In this document: piece by piece, positions 25,675 to 35,214 of the stretch
Numbering within the stretch: the stretch's first letter is position 1
Layout: the number at the start of each line of letters is the position of its first letter
Origin: Capsulimonadales bacterium
GTDB taxonomy: Bacteria > Armatimonadota > Armatimonadia > Armatimonadales > Armatimonadaceae
Reading direction: 5' to 3'
Length of the DNA: 41,325 nt
Assembly (NCBI GenBank): GCA_033762295.1
Contig: JANRLW010000127.1
Location: 1-41,325, forward strand
The notes under the pieces: model-generated
What the model was told of the DNA's origin: nothing
Seen by the model: the letters and a program-made list of their open reading frames with translations, nothing else
The model's database searches: none
Translations under genes and position numbers: made by a program

Positions 25675-27227
25675 CGAACCGAATTCATATCTTCGACACT
25701 ACCCTGCGGGATGGCGAGCAGTCGCCCGGCGCGGCCCTGACCGTGGATGAAAAGCTCGAAATCGCGCGCCAGTTGGAGCGGCTCGGCGTCGATATCATCG
25801 AGGCCGGATTCCCGATCTCCTCCCCCGGCGACTTTGAAGCGGTGCGCCGGATTTCGGCGACGGTCCGGACCGCGACCGTCTGCGCCCTGACCCGCGCCCG
25901 CAAAGAGGATATTCAGGTCGCCTGGGATGCCGTCAAGGACGCCGGACGACCGCGTATTCACACCGGTCTCGGCGTTTCCGATAACCACCTTCAACACAAA
26001 TTGCGCAAGTCGCGCGACGAGGCGCTGGAGATCGGGGTCAATGCGGTGGCGTTCGCCAGGAGCCTTGGCTGTGAGGATATCGAATATTTTACCGAAGATG
26101 CCGGTCGCGCGGACCCGGACTACCTCTGCCGTGTCGTGGAAGCGGTAATCGCCGCCGGAGCGACCGTCATCAATGTCCCCGATACCACCGGCTACGCCAC
26201 GCCGGAGGAGTATGCGGCGATCTTCCGGACGCTGCTCGAACGGGTGCCGAACGCCGATCGGGCGATCTTTTCCGCGCACTGTCACAACGACCTCGGCATG
26301 GCGACCGCCAACAGTCTGGCGGCGGTCCGTGCCGGAGCGCGGCAGGTGGAATGCACGGTGAACGGGATCGGCGAACGGGCGGGCAATACGTCGCTCGAGG
26401 AGATCGTCATGGCCCTCCGAACCCGGAAGAGTTTCTACCAGGTCGATACCGGAATCGTCAGCGCCGAAATCTACAAGACCTCGCGCCTCGTCTCCAACCT
26501 GACCGGCATTCTGGTCCAACCGAACAAGGCGATCGTCGGGGCGAACGCCTTTGCCCATAGTTCGGGCATCCACCAGGACGGTGTCCTCAAGGAGCGCACA
26601 ACCTACGAGATCATCGACCCGAAGGACGTCGGCATCAACGAAAGCAAGATCATCCTGTCGCCCCGGTCCGGGCGTGCCGGAGTTCGGCACCGGTTGGGCG
26701 AGCTGGGTCACGTCTTCGACGACGAGCAGTTCGAGCGCATCTATCATCGTTTCCTGACCGTCGCCGACCGCAAGAAGATCGTCTACGATGAAGACCTGGA
26801 AGCCATCGCCAGCGACGAGGGCCGCGCCATCCATCAGGTCTACGAACTCGTTCAGTTGCAGGTGACCTGCGGAGACAGTTCGATCCCCACGGCAACCGTC
26901 AAGCTGCGTCACGAAAACCGCGCGATCCTGATGGACGCCGACACCGGCAACGGCCCGGTCGATGCCGTTTACCGGGCGATCAATCGAATCGTGCGTGTGC
27001 CGAACGAACTGATCGAAATCTCTTTACAGTCGGTGACGGAAGGGACGGATGCGCAGGCCGGGGTCACGATCCGGATTCGTGCCGAGGACGAGGTGTTTTC
27101 CGGTCATGCGGCCCACACCGATATCATCGTCGCAGCGACGAAAGCGTATCTGCACGCCCTGAACAAACTGCTCGCCCGCGCGCCCGGACGTCAGGAACAG
27201 GCCGTCTCCGCTCGCTCCGTCGTCTGA
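25671..27227 (+). CDS. leuA: 2-isopropylmalate synthase
   Basis: IFDTTLRDGEQSPG, IIEAGFP, PDTTGY, HCHNDLG.A.AN, NGIGERAGN, NKAIVGANAFAH.SGIHQDG, regulatory domain GNGPVDA. Confidence 0.95.
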   Translation: MTNRIHIFDTTLRDGEQSPGAALTVDEKLEIARQLERLGVDIIEAGFPISSPGDFEAVRRISATVRTATVCALTRARKEDIQVAWDAVKDAGRPRIHTGLGVSDNHLQHKLRKSRDEALEIGVNAVAFARSLGCEDIEYFTEDAGRADPDYLCRVVEAVIAAGATVINVPDTTGYATPEEYAAIFRTLLERVPNADRAIFSAHCHNDLGMATANSLAAVRAGARQVECTVNGIGERAGNTSLEEIVMALRTRKSFYQVDTGIVSAEIYKTSRLVSNLTGILVQPNKAIVGANAFAHSSGIHQDGVLKERTTYEIIDPKDVGINESKIILSPRSGRAGVRHRLGELGHVFDDEQFERIYHRFLTVADRKKIVYDEDLEAIASDEGRAIHQVYELVQLQVTCGDSSIPTATVKLRHENRAILMDADTGNGPVDAVYRAINRIVRVPNELIEISLQSVTEGTDAQAGVTIRIRAEDEVFSGHAAHTDIIVAATKAYLHALNKLLARAPGRQEQAVSARSVV

Positions 27228-27232
27228 CGGTT

Positions 27233-30200
27233 TCACTCCGTGCGCCGGTGAAACGTCGAGAGCAGATGCGGTTCGCAGAACGCCGGTGGTTCGACACGGA
27301 GAAAGCGTTCCTCGATTTCGCGTGCGGACAGGGGATGCGCGAAAAGGTATCCCTGGCCGAACTCACATCCCAGCTGGCGCAGCCACCAGAGTTGCCGGGG
27401 GGTCTCAATACCCTCCGCAACCGCATCCAGACCCAGTTGATTGCTGAGCGCGACGATGGTACTGACGATCTGGTAGTTCCGATTGCCCATCTGCATCTGA
27501 CCGACAAACGATCGGTCGATCTTCAGGCTGTTGGCCGGAAGACGATGCAGGTAGCTCAGCGAGGAATAGCCGGTTCCGAAATCATCGATACTGATCCGGA
27601 TCTCCCGCTCCTTCAGTTGCGTCAGCAGTTCGATCGTCTTGCCGATATTTTCAATCAGCATACTTTCGGTGATTTCCAGTGTAATGGCGGTTCCGGCAAG
27701 GCCGGTCACCGCCATCGTCCGGTCGATATCGTTGATCAGGTTCGTCTTTCGCAGGTCCTGAGCCGACAGGTTGATACTGACGGACAGCGACCGGGCGGCG
27801 GGATACGCGGCCCACTCCGCCATCTGTCGACAGGCGGAATACAGCACCCATTGATCGAGGGGAACGATCAATCCGGTCTCCTCGGCCACGGGCACGAACT
27901 CGTCCGGCGCGACGAATCCGTGGCTCGGATGCCGAAGCCGTGTCAGCACTTCGAAACCCACCAGACGATCCCGTCGCAGGTCGATGATCGGCTGGTAGTA
28001 AACCTCGAACTCCTCCCGCTCGAGCGCCCGGCGCAGATAGGTTTCCAGAGTCAGTCGGTTCACCGCCTGGATATGCATCTCCGCGTCGAAAAGGCGATAA
28101 TTCCCGCTTCCCAGCGCTTTCGCTTTATACATGGCGATATCGGCATCGCGCAACAGTTCTGCGGCGCGGCGGTACGTGGCCGATCCCATGGCGATCCCGA
28201 TACTCGTATCAATCACGACCTCGCCGTCATTCAGCGGCACCGGCAGACGGAAATCTTCCAGAATGCGCTCCGCGATCAGAACGGCCTGATCGGTATCTCC
28301 GACATCCTCGAGCAAAATGACGAACTCGTCGCCGCCGATCCGAGCCACCAGATCGACGCCGCGCAGGTGCGATTGCAGACGGCGGGCGATCCGCTTCAGA
28401 ACGACGTCGCCGGCCAGATGGCCCAGGCTGTCGTTAATGACTTTGAAGCGATCGAGGTCCAGAAACAGAACCGCGTACCCGTAGCTGTCGATCCTCCGGG
28501 CGCGTTTGATCGCCAGTTCCAGTCGTTCCAGCAGCAGCGTTCGGTTCGGCAGCCCGGTGAGGGGATCATGGAGCGCGTTATAGGCGATCAGCTCCTGATC
28601 GCGCTTTTGTTCGCTGACATCCAGGATCACGCCATCGAAAAGCATACTGCCATCGGGCAACGGTTTCGGTTTGGCCGATCCGCGCAACCACTTCAGTCGC
28701 CCCGAAGGAAGCACGATACGCCATTCCCAGTGCCACGGCTGAAGCGACTCGACCGCCATCATCAGGGACTCCTCGAGCGCCGTCACGTCCTCCGGATGCG
28801 CCCCGTTCAGGATCGAACAGGCGAGACTCCGCATCGTTTCCGGTTCCTGCTCCCAGACTCCGCGACAACCCGGACTGATATAGAGCAGTTCCCTTGTACC
28901 GTCACCATGCCGTACCTCCTGATAGATGACCCCCGGCATATTGGCGGCCAGATGGAGAAAACGGGCTTCCGCCTCCTTGCGATCCGTGACATCGAGCGCG
29001 ACGCCATGCCAGAGGACCTCGCCGTTCTCCCTCACTTCCGGCTGGGCGCTGGCGCTCAGCCATTTGACTTTTCCGGACGGTGTCCGAATACGCCACTCGT
29101 ATTCGAATCGCCCGAGCGTCTCCCGGCTGTGCGCCACCCGTTCCCAGTAACCGTCCGTGTCGTCCGGATGAAACTGCCGCAGAACCTGATCCGGGTCTCG
29201 CAACGCGTCCGCCATCGGGATTTCATGGATGGCTTCGAACGCGGGCGTCAACAAGAGAAAACGGAACGATCGCTCTCCGGTTTCGACATAGCTGAAAATC
29301 ACCCCCGGAGAGGCGTCGGCCAGTTGACGAAAACGGCTCTCGCTTTGTTGCAGCGCCTCCTCGGCTCGTTTGCGGTCGGTAATGTCTCTCGCGACCCAGA
29401 GAACGGTGTCCTCCGAGAGCGGCGAGACATTGGTCGAAAACCAGCGTTCGTTGCCGTTGAGCGACAGCGGATACTCCAGGGCGGTCGCCGCCCGGTTGTC
29501 CAGCACCTGACGAATTGTCTTCAGAAAACGGTCGGCGACTTCGGTCGGAAAATGGCGATCCAGAGTGTCTCCGACCTTTTTCAGCGCGTCCTCGTTGGTC
29601 GGAGCCGCTTTCCGGTAGACGCCGTTCCGATCCAGGACGAAAATATACTCTTTCATCGACGCGAACAGCGATTTCAGTTCGGTTTCGGAGGTTCGAAGCG
29701 CGTCCTCACGGTCGCGCAGCGCCCGGAACGCGCTGTCGTTATCGAGCACCAGGCCGGTAAGACGCGCCGCCCAGGTCCCGATGCGTTCCTCGTCGGCGGT
29801 CGGCACGGCCGGGGCGGGAAGGTAGATACCGTACGTACCGAAGACGTGCGGTGGGACGCACTCCTCGCCCCGCCGGACCGAGAACACGGGGAAGAACCAG
29901 CAGGCGAGCAGACCGAAACGAAGCGCCAGGTCGTGAAAATCCGTCCGCAGCGGGTCGGTAGCGATATCGGCAATGAAGACCGGTTCCTGACGGTGCACCG
30001 CCGTCCCCCAGGAATCGACCGTCGGCCCGATGTCAATCCCGTCAATGGCGGTGTTGAACTCGGCGGGCAGACTCCGGCCGGCAGCGACCCGGAGACGGCG
30101 ACCGTCGCGATCGACCAGCAGAATGGAGCAGAGGGCGCCGGGAATCAGTTGCTCGACCGCCGACGTGATCTCCTCCAGAATTTCGGAAAGAGGGTAGCCG

Positions 30201-30268
30201 GTGGCGATTCGTTCCGGAATACGGTACTGAAAGGCGGCGAATTTCTCCTGTTTCGTTTCCGAAGGCAT
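27233..30268 (-). CDS. GAF-PAS-PAS-PAS-GGDEF-EAL c-di-GMP metabolising protein
   Basis: GAF region (DIATDP...ACW.FP); three PAS/PAC units ending DITDRK, DVTDRK, DVSEQK; HDPLTGLPNR, DLDRFK.IND.LGH.AGD, RGVD-x5-GGDEF (I-site intact); EVL variant of EAL; DDFGTGYSS, LKIDRSF, AEGIE, QGY. GAAGGA RBS before ATG 30268. Confidence 0.95.
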   Translation of the reverse strand: MPSETKQEKFAAFQYRIPERIATGYPLSEILEEITSAVEQLIPGALCSILLVDRDGRRLRVAAGRSLPAEFNTAIDGIDIGPTVDSWGTAVHRQEPVFIADIATDPLRTDFHDLALRFGLLACWFFPVFSVRRGEECVPPHVFGTYGIYLPAPAVPTADEERIGTWAARLTGLVLDNDSAFRALRDREDALRTSETELKSLFASMKEYIFVLDRNGVYRKAAPTNEDALKKVGDTLDRHFPTEVADRFLKTIRQVLDNRAATALEYPLSLNGNERWFSTNVSPLSEDTVLWVARDITDRKRAEEALQQSESRFRQLADASPGVIFSYVETGERSFRFLLLTPAFEAIHEIPMADALRDPDQVLRQFHPDDTDGYWERVAHSRETLGRFEYEWRIRTPSGKVKWLSASAQPEVRENGEVLWHGVALDVTDRKEAEARFLHLAANMPGVIYQEVRHGDGTRELLYISPGCRGVWEQEPETMRSLACSILNGAHPEDVTALEESLMMAVESLQPWHWEWRIVLPSGRLKWLRGSAKPKPLPDGSMLFDGVILDVSEQKRDQELIAYNALHDPLTGLPNRTLLLERLELAIKRARRIDSYGYAVLFLDLDRFKVINDSLGHLAGDVVLKRIARRLQSHLRGVDLVARIGGDEFVILLEDVGDTDQAVLIAERILEDFRLPVPLNDGEVVIDTSIGIAMGSATYRRAAELLRDADIAMYKAKALGSGNYRLFDAEMHIQAVNRLTLETYLRRALEREEFEVYYQPIIDLRRDRLVGFEVLTRLRHPSHGFVAPDEFVPVAEETGLIVPLDQWVLYSACRQMAEWAAYPAARSLSVSINLSAQDLRKTNLINDIDRTMAVTGLAGTAITLEITESMLIENIGKTIELLTQLKEREIRISIDDFGTGYSSLSYLHRLPANSLKIDRSFVGQMQMGNRNYQIVSTIVALSNQLGLDAVAEGIETPRQLWWLRQLGCEFGQGYLFAHPLSAREIEERFLRVEPPAFCEPHLLSTFHRRTE

Positions 30269-30553
30269 GTGTCCTTCGCCGGTTCCATCTGCGGAAGATG
30301 CCCTGCCTGACTTCAAATAATTACCCTCTGTTTTCCGCTGAATTACTTATAAGCCTGTCTGAATACTACCATAATTAAACGCAACTTTTATACCCTGGCC
30401 TTCTACGATGCGATGAACGGGTCGGTGCCGCGCCGTGGGTCAGCACCTCAGGATCGAACAGGAGATTTGCCGATCCGAAGCGAATAGAGGCATCGGAAGG
30501 ATCGCCGCCCGCGTCGTCGCGGTGCGCCCGCTCCGAATCTCCATCCGAAAGCG

Positions 30554-32614
30554 ATGCCATCGATGACTGCGGAACCTATTCCTCCCGTTGCCACGAAACG
30601 CCCCCGTGTTTTCACGATCCACGGTCGGGAGCTAAAAGACGATTACTTCTGGCTCCGGGAGAAGACGAACCCGGAGGTCCTCGAGTACCTGAAGGCGGAG
30701 AACGCCTATCAGGAGCGGATCATGCAGCCGACAAAAGACCTGCAGGAGCGACTCTATCGTGAGATGCTCGGACGGATCAAGGAGACGGATGAAAACGTTC
30801 CCTATCGCCAGGGGGCATTCTTCTATTACACGCGAACGGAAGAGGGAAAGTCCTACCCGATCCACTGCCGCAAGGCGGGCGATCCGAACGCCCCAGAGCA
30901 GGTCGTCCTCGACCTGAACGAGATCGGAAAGGACAAACCGTTCACCGCGCTCGGTGCCTATTCCCCCTCCGATGACGGTCGCTTCCTCGTTTACAGCATC
31001 GACCATTCCGGCTTCCGGGAGTACTACGGACGGATTCGTGACCTGACGACCGGCGAGGACCTTCCGGATGACCTCGGCAAAATCACCTTCGCCTTCTTCG
31101 CCGGAGACAACGAAACCGTTTTCTACGGGGTCGAGGACGCCGCCAAACGTCCCTACCGGGTGTGCCGACATCGTCTCGGACAGCCGAAGGAGAGCGACAT
31201 CCCGGTCTACGAGGAAGCCGACGAGCTATACCGCGCCTATGCCTACCGAACGCGGAGCAAGCAGTTTATCATTTTCCTTTCCGCCTCCTCGGTGACGACC
31301 GAGGCGAGTTTCCTCACCGACGACGCCCCCGAATCCGCCCCGAAACTCCTTTTCCCCCGCCGGACGGAGATCGAGTACTATCCCGACCATCACGGCGAAT
31401 CCTTCTACCTCCGGATCAACGACCGGGGCAGGAACTTCCGTCTGGTGACCGTGCCGACGTCCGAGCCGGACCTGTCGAAAGCGGTCGAAATCCTCCCCCA
31501 TCGCCCGGAGACTCTGCTGGAACGGGTCGATCTCTTCCGCGATTTCCTGATCTGTTCGGAACGGGAGGGCGGACTGCCGCGCCTCCGTATCACCGAACTG
31601 GCGAGCGGCGACACGCACTATCCGGCGTTCCCCGAACCCGCCTATTCCGCCTCGGTCGGAGTGAACCCGGAGTTCGATACCTCGACGCTTCGATATGTCT
31701 ACCAGTCGCTGGTCACCCCGTCCTCGGTCTACGACTACGACCTCCGGACTCGTGTCGCCGAACTGAAGAAACGGCAGGAGATTCCGAGCGGATACGATCC
31801 GTCCGGTCTTCGGTCGGAGCGTATCGTCGCGACCGCCGCCGACGGGACGAAAATCCCGATCTCGCTGGTCTATAAAGAGGGGTTGGTTCGGGACGGTTCC
31901 GCGCCCCTGCACCTGATCGCCTACGGTTCCTACGGCTTCTCCTACCCGATCACCTTCAGCACCAACCGGCTTTCCCTGATCGAACGCGGTATCACGGTCG
32001 CGATCGCCCATATCCGGGGCGGGGCGGAGATGGGCAAGGCGTGGCATGATCAGGGCAAAATGATGAACAAGAAGAACACCTTCACCGACTTCATCGCCTG
32101 TGCCGAACACCTGATCGCCGAGAAGTACACCTCCTCCGACCGTCTGACCATTCAGGGCGGCAGTGCGGGCGGGCTCCTGATGGGCGCCGTCGTCAACCTT
32201 CGGCCCGACCTGTTCAGGGCCGTCATCTCCGATGTGCCGTTCGTGGATGTCATCAATACGATGCTCGATGCCACCCTGCCGTTGACCGTACAGGAGTATC
32301 TGGAGTGGGGCAATCCGAACGAACCGGCGGCGTTCGAATACATGCTCTCCTACTCGCCCTATGACAATCTCGAAGCGAAGGACTATCCGGCGATCCTGAT
32401 TACGACGTCGCTGAACGATTCACAGGTCATGTACTGGGAACCGGCGAAATACACGGCCAAATTACGAACCCTGAAGACCGATCCGAATCTTCTGTTGCTG
32501 AAGACCAACATGGACGCCGGACACGGGGGCGCGTCGGGCCGCTACGATGCCCTCCGGGAGATCGCGTTCGAATACGCTTTCCTGCTCGCTCAGCTGGGGA
32601 AGGCGGAGGAGTAA
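30554..32614 (+). CDS. ptrB: oligopeptidase B (protease II, S9A)
   Basis: DDYFWLRE..NPEV..YL.AEN, YGSYG, H.RGG.E.G..W, KKNTF.DFI, GGSAGGLL (Ser), PFVDV..TM.D..PLT..E..EWGNP, ND..V.YWEPAK, AGHGG.SGR. Confidence 0.95.
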   Translation: MPSMTAEPIPPVATKRPRVFTIHGRELKDDYFWLREKTNPEVLEYLKAENAYQERIMQPTKDLQERLYREMLGRIKETDENVPYRQGAFFYYTRTEEGKSYPIHCRKAGDPNAPEQVVLDLNEIGKDKPFTALGAYSPSDDGRFLVYSIDHSGFREYYGRIRDLTTGEDLPDDLGKITFAFFAGDNETVFYGVEDAAKRPYRVCRHRLGQPKESDIPVYEEADELYRAYAYRTRSKQFIIFLSASSVTTEASFLTDDAPESAPKLLFPRRTEIEYYPDHHGESFYLRINDRGRNFRLVTVPTSEPDLSKAVEILPHRPETLLERVDLFRDFLICSEREGGLPRLRITELASGDTHYPAFPEPAYSASVGVNPEFDTSTLRYVYQSLVTPSSVYDYDLRTRVAELKKRQEIPSGYDPSGLRSERIVATAADGTKIPISLVYKEGLVRDGSAPLHLIAYGSYGFSYPITFSTNRLSLIERGITVAIAHIRGGAEMGKAWHDQGKMMNKKNTFTDFIACAEHLIAEKYTSSDRLTIQGGSAGGLLMGAVVNLRPDLFRAVISDVPFVDVINTMLDATLPLTVQEYLEWGNPNEPAAFEYMLSYSPYDNLEAKDYPAILITTSLNDSQVMYWEPAKYTAKLRTLKTDPNLLLLKTNMDAGHGGASGRYDALREIAFEYAFLLAQLGKAEE

Positions 32615-32620
32615 ACGGCG

Positions 32621-33634
32621 ATGCGACGCACCCTTCGGCCCCCTGACGAAGCCGCCGGTCCGCCCCGGGACTTCGGTCCGGACGCTCCACCGATCCGTTA
32701 CCCGGACCCGGATATTCTGACGCTGTCCCCGCGCTTCGATCGGTACCGTATCGGCAACACGACGATTCGTCGGCTATATACCGGAATGCTCTGGGCGGAA
32801 GGCCCCGCCTGGCATGGGGCGGGCAGCTACCTTCTGTGGAGCGATATTCCGAACAACGTCCAGCATCGGCTGTTGCCCGAGGACGGGCACGTCTCGCGCT
32901 TACGTGCGCCGTCGAACTACGCCAACGGAAACACCTTCGACTACCAGGGGCGGCAGATCGCCTGCGAGCATGGCACCCGGCGGGTCGTCCGCTACGAGTA
33001 CGACGGAACGGTCACCGTCCTGGCCGATCGCTGGCAGGGCAAACCGTTCAACGCACCCAACGATGTCGTCGTTCATCCGGACGGCGGCATCTGGTTCACC
33101 GACCCCGGGTACGGGTCGATGTTCGATTACGAAGGCAACAAAGGTCCGCTCGAGATCAAGGAAGCCGTCTATCGCATCGACCCGGCGACCGGACGCATCG
33201 ATCTGGTGACCGACGCGCCGGATAAGCCGAACGGACTCTGTTTCTCACCCGACTACCGTCGGCTCTATATTGTCGACACGGGAACGCCCCGGAACATCAC
33301 GGTGTGGGACGTCACCGACGACGGAACGGGATTGGGCGGCGGGCGGGAGTTCGTTCGGATGACCCTGCGCATCGGTGGGCGGACGATACACGGGTGTTCG
33401 GACGGCATCCGCACGGACACCGACGGCAATCTGTGGGCGGCGGCAATCGGCGGTCCGGGTTTTGACGGGGTCCATATCTTCGCTCCGGACGGCGAACGAA
33501 TCGGCCGGATTCGTCTGCCGGAGATGTGCAGCAACGTCTGTTTCGGCGGACCGAAACGGAACGTCCTGTACATGACCGCATCCCAATCCTTATACGCGCT
33601 TTACGTCGAGGCGCGGGGAGCGCATATCGCCTAG
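32621..33634 (+). CDS. SMP-30/gluconolactonase family protein
   Basis: WAEGPAW, WSDIPN, NGNT.D.QGR, NAPNDVVV..DG.IWFTDP.YG, PNGLCFSPD, DG...D.DGNLW, NVCFGG. Confidence 0.93.
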   Translation: MRRTLRPPDEAAGPPRDFGPDAPPIRYPDPDILTLSPRFDRYRIGNTTIRRLYTGMLWAEGPAWHGAGSYLLWSDIPNNVQHRLLPEDGHVSRLRAPSNYANGNTFDYQGRQIACEHGTRRVVRYEYDGTVTVLADRWQGKPFNAPNDVVVHPDGGIWFTDPGYGSMFDYEGNKGPLEIKEAVYRIDPATGRIDLVTDAPDKPNGLCFSPDYRRLYIVDTGTPRNITVWDVTDDGTGLGGGREFVRMTLRIGGRTIHGCSDGIRTDTDGNLWAAAIGGPGFDGVHIFAPDGERIGRIRLPEMCSNVCFGGPKRNVLYMTASQSLYALYVEARGAHIA

Positions 33635-33705
33635 GCCGTTCGCACCGTAAACCGGGCGAAATCGGCTACGATGAGAGCAACCTCCTCTCCACACCGGGTT
33701 TTAAT

Positions 33706-35214
33706 ATGGAAAATTATCAAAAACTTCTTGCCCGTCTGGCCGAGATCGGCCACCTGCATACGGCCACCGCCGTGCTGGAATGGGATCAGCAGTGTTACAT
33801 GCCGCGGGGCGGGGCGCAGGAACGCGCCGAACAGACCGCGTTAATCGGTCGAATCGCCCACGAGATGTTCGTCGCCGAAGAAACCGCCGGCCTGCTCGCC
33901 GCCGCCGAACAGGAACTGGCGGGCGCGCCGCCGGACGGGGATGCGGCGCTGACCCTCCGGGTGATTCGCCGCGATTTCGATAAAAGCGTCAAAATCCCCT
34001 CCTCGCTGGTGGCGGAGTTGAACAAATCCGTCGCCCTGGCGCACGAAATCTGGGTCAAGGCGCGAAGCGACTCCCGGTGGTCGCTTTTCGCTCCCTCTCT
34101 GTCTCACCTTCTCGATCTGTCACGCCAGGTGGCCCAGTGCTACGGATACGAGACGGAGATGTACGATGCCCTGCTCGATCAATATGAGCCGGGAATGAAA
34201 ACGGCCGAGGTGCGCCGGGTCTTCGAGGAGATTCGTCCGGGCCTCGTTTCGCTGGTGCAGACCCTGGCCGCCGCGCCGGAGATCGACGACAGCCCCCTGC
34301 GACGCGATTTCGCCGAGGAGAAACAGGCCGCGTTCTCGCTCTCGGTCATCCGGCGGCTCGGCTACGATTTCGAACGCGGCCGACTCGATAAAGCCGTCCA
34401 TCCGTTCTGCACATCGTTCACCCGCAATGACGTCCGGATCACCACCCGCTACGACCGGAACTGGCTGCCCTGTGCGCTGATGGGGACGATCCATGAGACC
34501 GGACATGCCCTTTACGAACTCGGGTTCGATCCGAAGGACGACGATACCCCGCTGTCCGGCGCGGCGTCTCTCGGCTTCCATGAGTCGCAGTCGCGCCTGT
34601 GGGAGAACATCGTGGGCCGTTCCCGCGCCTTCTGGAACGTCTTTTATCCGGAACTGCAGGCCGCCTTCCCCGGCGTTCTGGACGATGTCTCCCTCGATGC
34701 GTTCTATCGCGCCATCAATAAGGTCCAGCCCTCGCTGATCCGGGTCGAGGCCGACGAGGTAACCTACGGGCTTCATATCATGTTGCGCTTCGAACTGGAA
34801 CAGGCCATGATCAACGGACAGTTGACGGTGGACGACATTCCGGAGGCATGGAACGAGCGGATGCGAGAGTACCTCGGTATCGTGCCGTCGAACGACGCCG
34901 AGGGCTGCCTGCAGGATGTCCACTGGAGCGGCGCGAGTTTCGGGTACTTCCCGACGTACGCGCTGGGTTCGATCCTGTCGGCGCAACTGTATGAAACGGC
35001 CGTCGCTCAGGACCCGCAGATTCCCTCGGACCTCGAAAAAGGCGAGTATACCGGGCTTCTGAACTGGTTGCGGGAAAAGGTGCACAAACCCGGTCGCCGT
35101 TATCTTCCGGCCGAACTGGTCGAGCGGATCTGTGGCGAACCGGCGCAGTCTCGTTCCTATTTACGTTACCTGAACCGGAAGTATCGCGACGTCTACGGGC
35201 TGGATACCGCCTGA
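33706..35214 (+). CDS. thermostable carboxypeptidase, family M32
   Basis: LEWDQ..YMP.GG..R, YDALLD.YEPG, HPF, DVRITTRY, HETGHALYE, HESQSR.WEN, IRVEADE, GCLQDVHW, GYFPTY.LG. Start at ATG 33706. Confidence 0.95.
   Translation: MENYQKLLARLAEIGHLHTATAVLEWDQQCYMPRGGAQERAEQTALIGRIAHEMFVAEETAGLLAAAEQELAGAPPDGDAALTLRVIRRDFDKSVKIPSSLVAELNKSVALAHEIWVKARSDSRWSLFAPSLSHLLDLSRQVAQCYGYETEMYDALLDQYEPGMKTAEVRRVFEEIRPGLVSLVQTLAAAPEIDDSPLRRDFAEEKQAAFSLSVIRRLGYDFERGRLDKAVHPFCTSFTRNDVRITTRYDRNWLPCALMGTIHETGHALYELGFDPKDDDTPLSGAASLGFHESQSRLWENIVGRSRAFWNVFYPELQAAFPGVLDDVSLDAFYRAINKVQPSLIRVEADEVTYGLHIMLRFELEQAMINGQLTVDDIPEAWNERMREYLGIVPSNDAEGCLQDVHWSGASFGYFPTYALGSILSAQLYETAVAQDPQIPSDLEKGEYTGLLNWLREKVHKPGRRYLPAELVERICGEPAQSRSYLRYLNRKYRDVYGLDTA

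Noticed and set aside
27248..30310. 1020-aa plus-strand ORF
   Set aside because: It is the antisense shadow of the GGDEF-EAL gene, has no recognisable motifs, and such shadows are expected in high-GC coding DNA.
30320..30553. Possible c-di-GMP riboswitch next to the GGDEF-EAL gene
   Set aside because: Only a GGCAAA fragment is present. The GAAA tetraloop / GGGACGCAAAGC core was not found on either strand.
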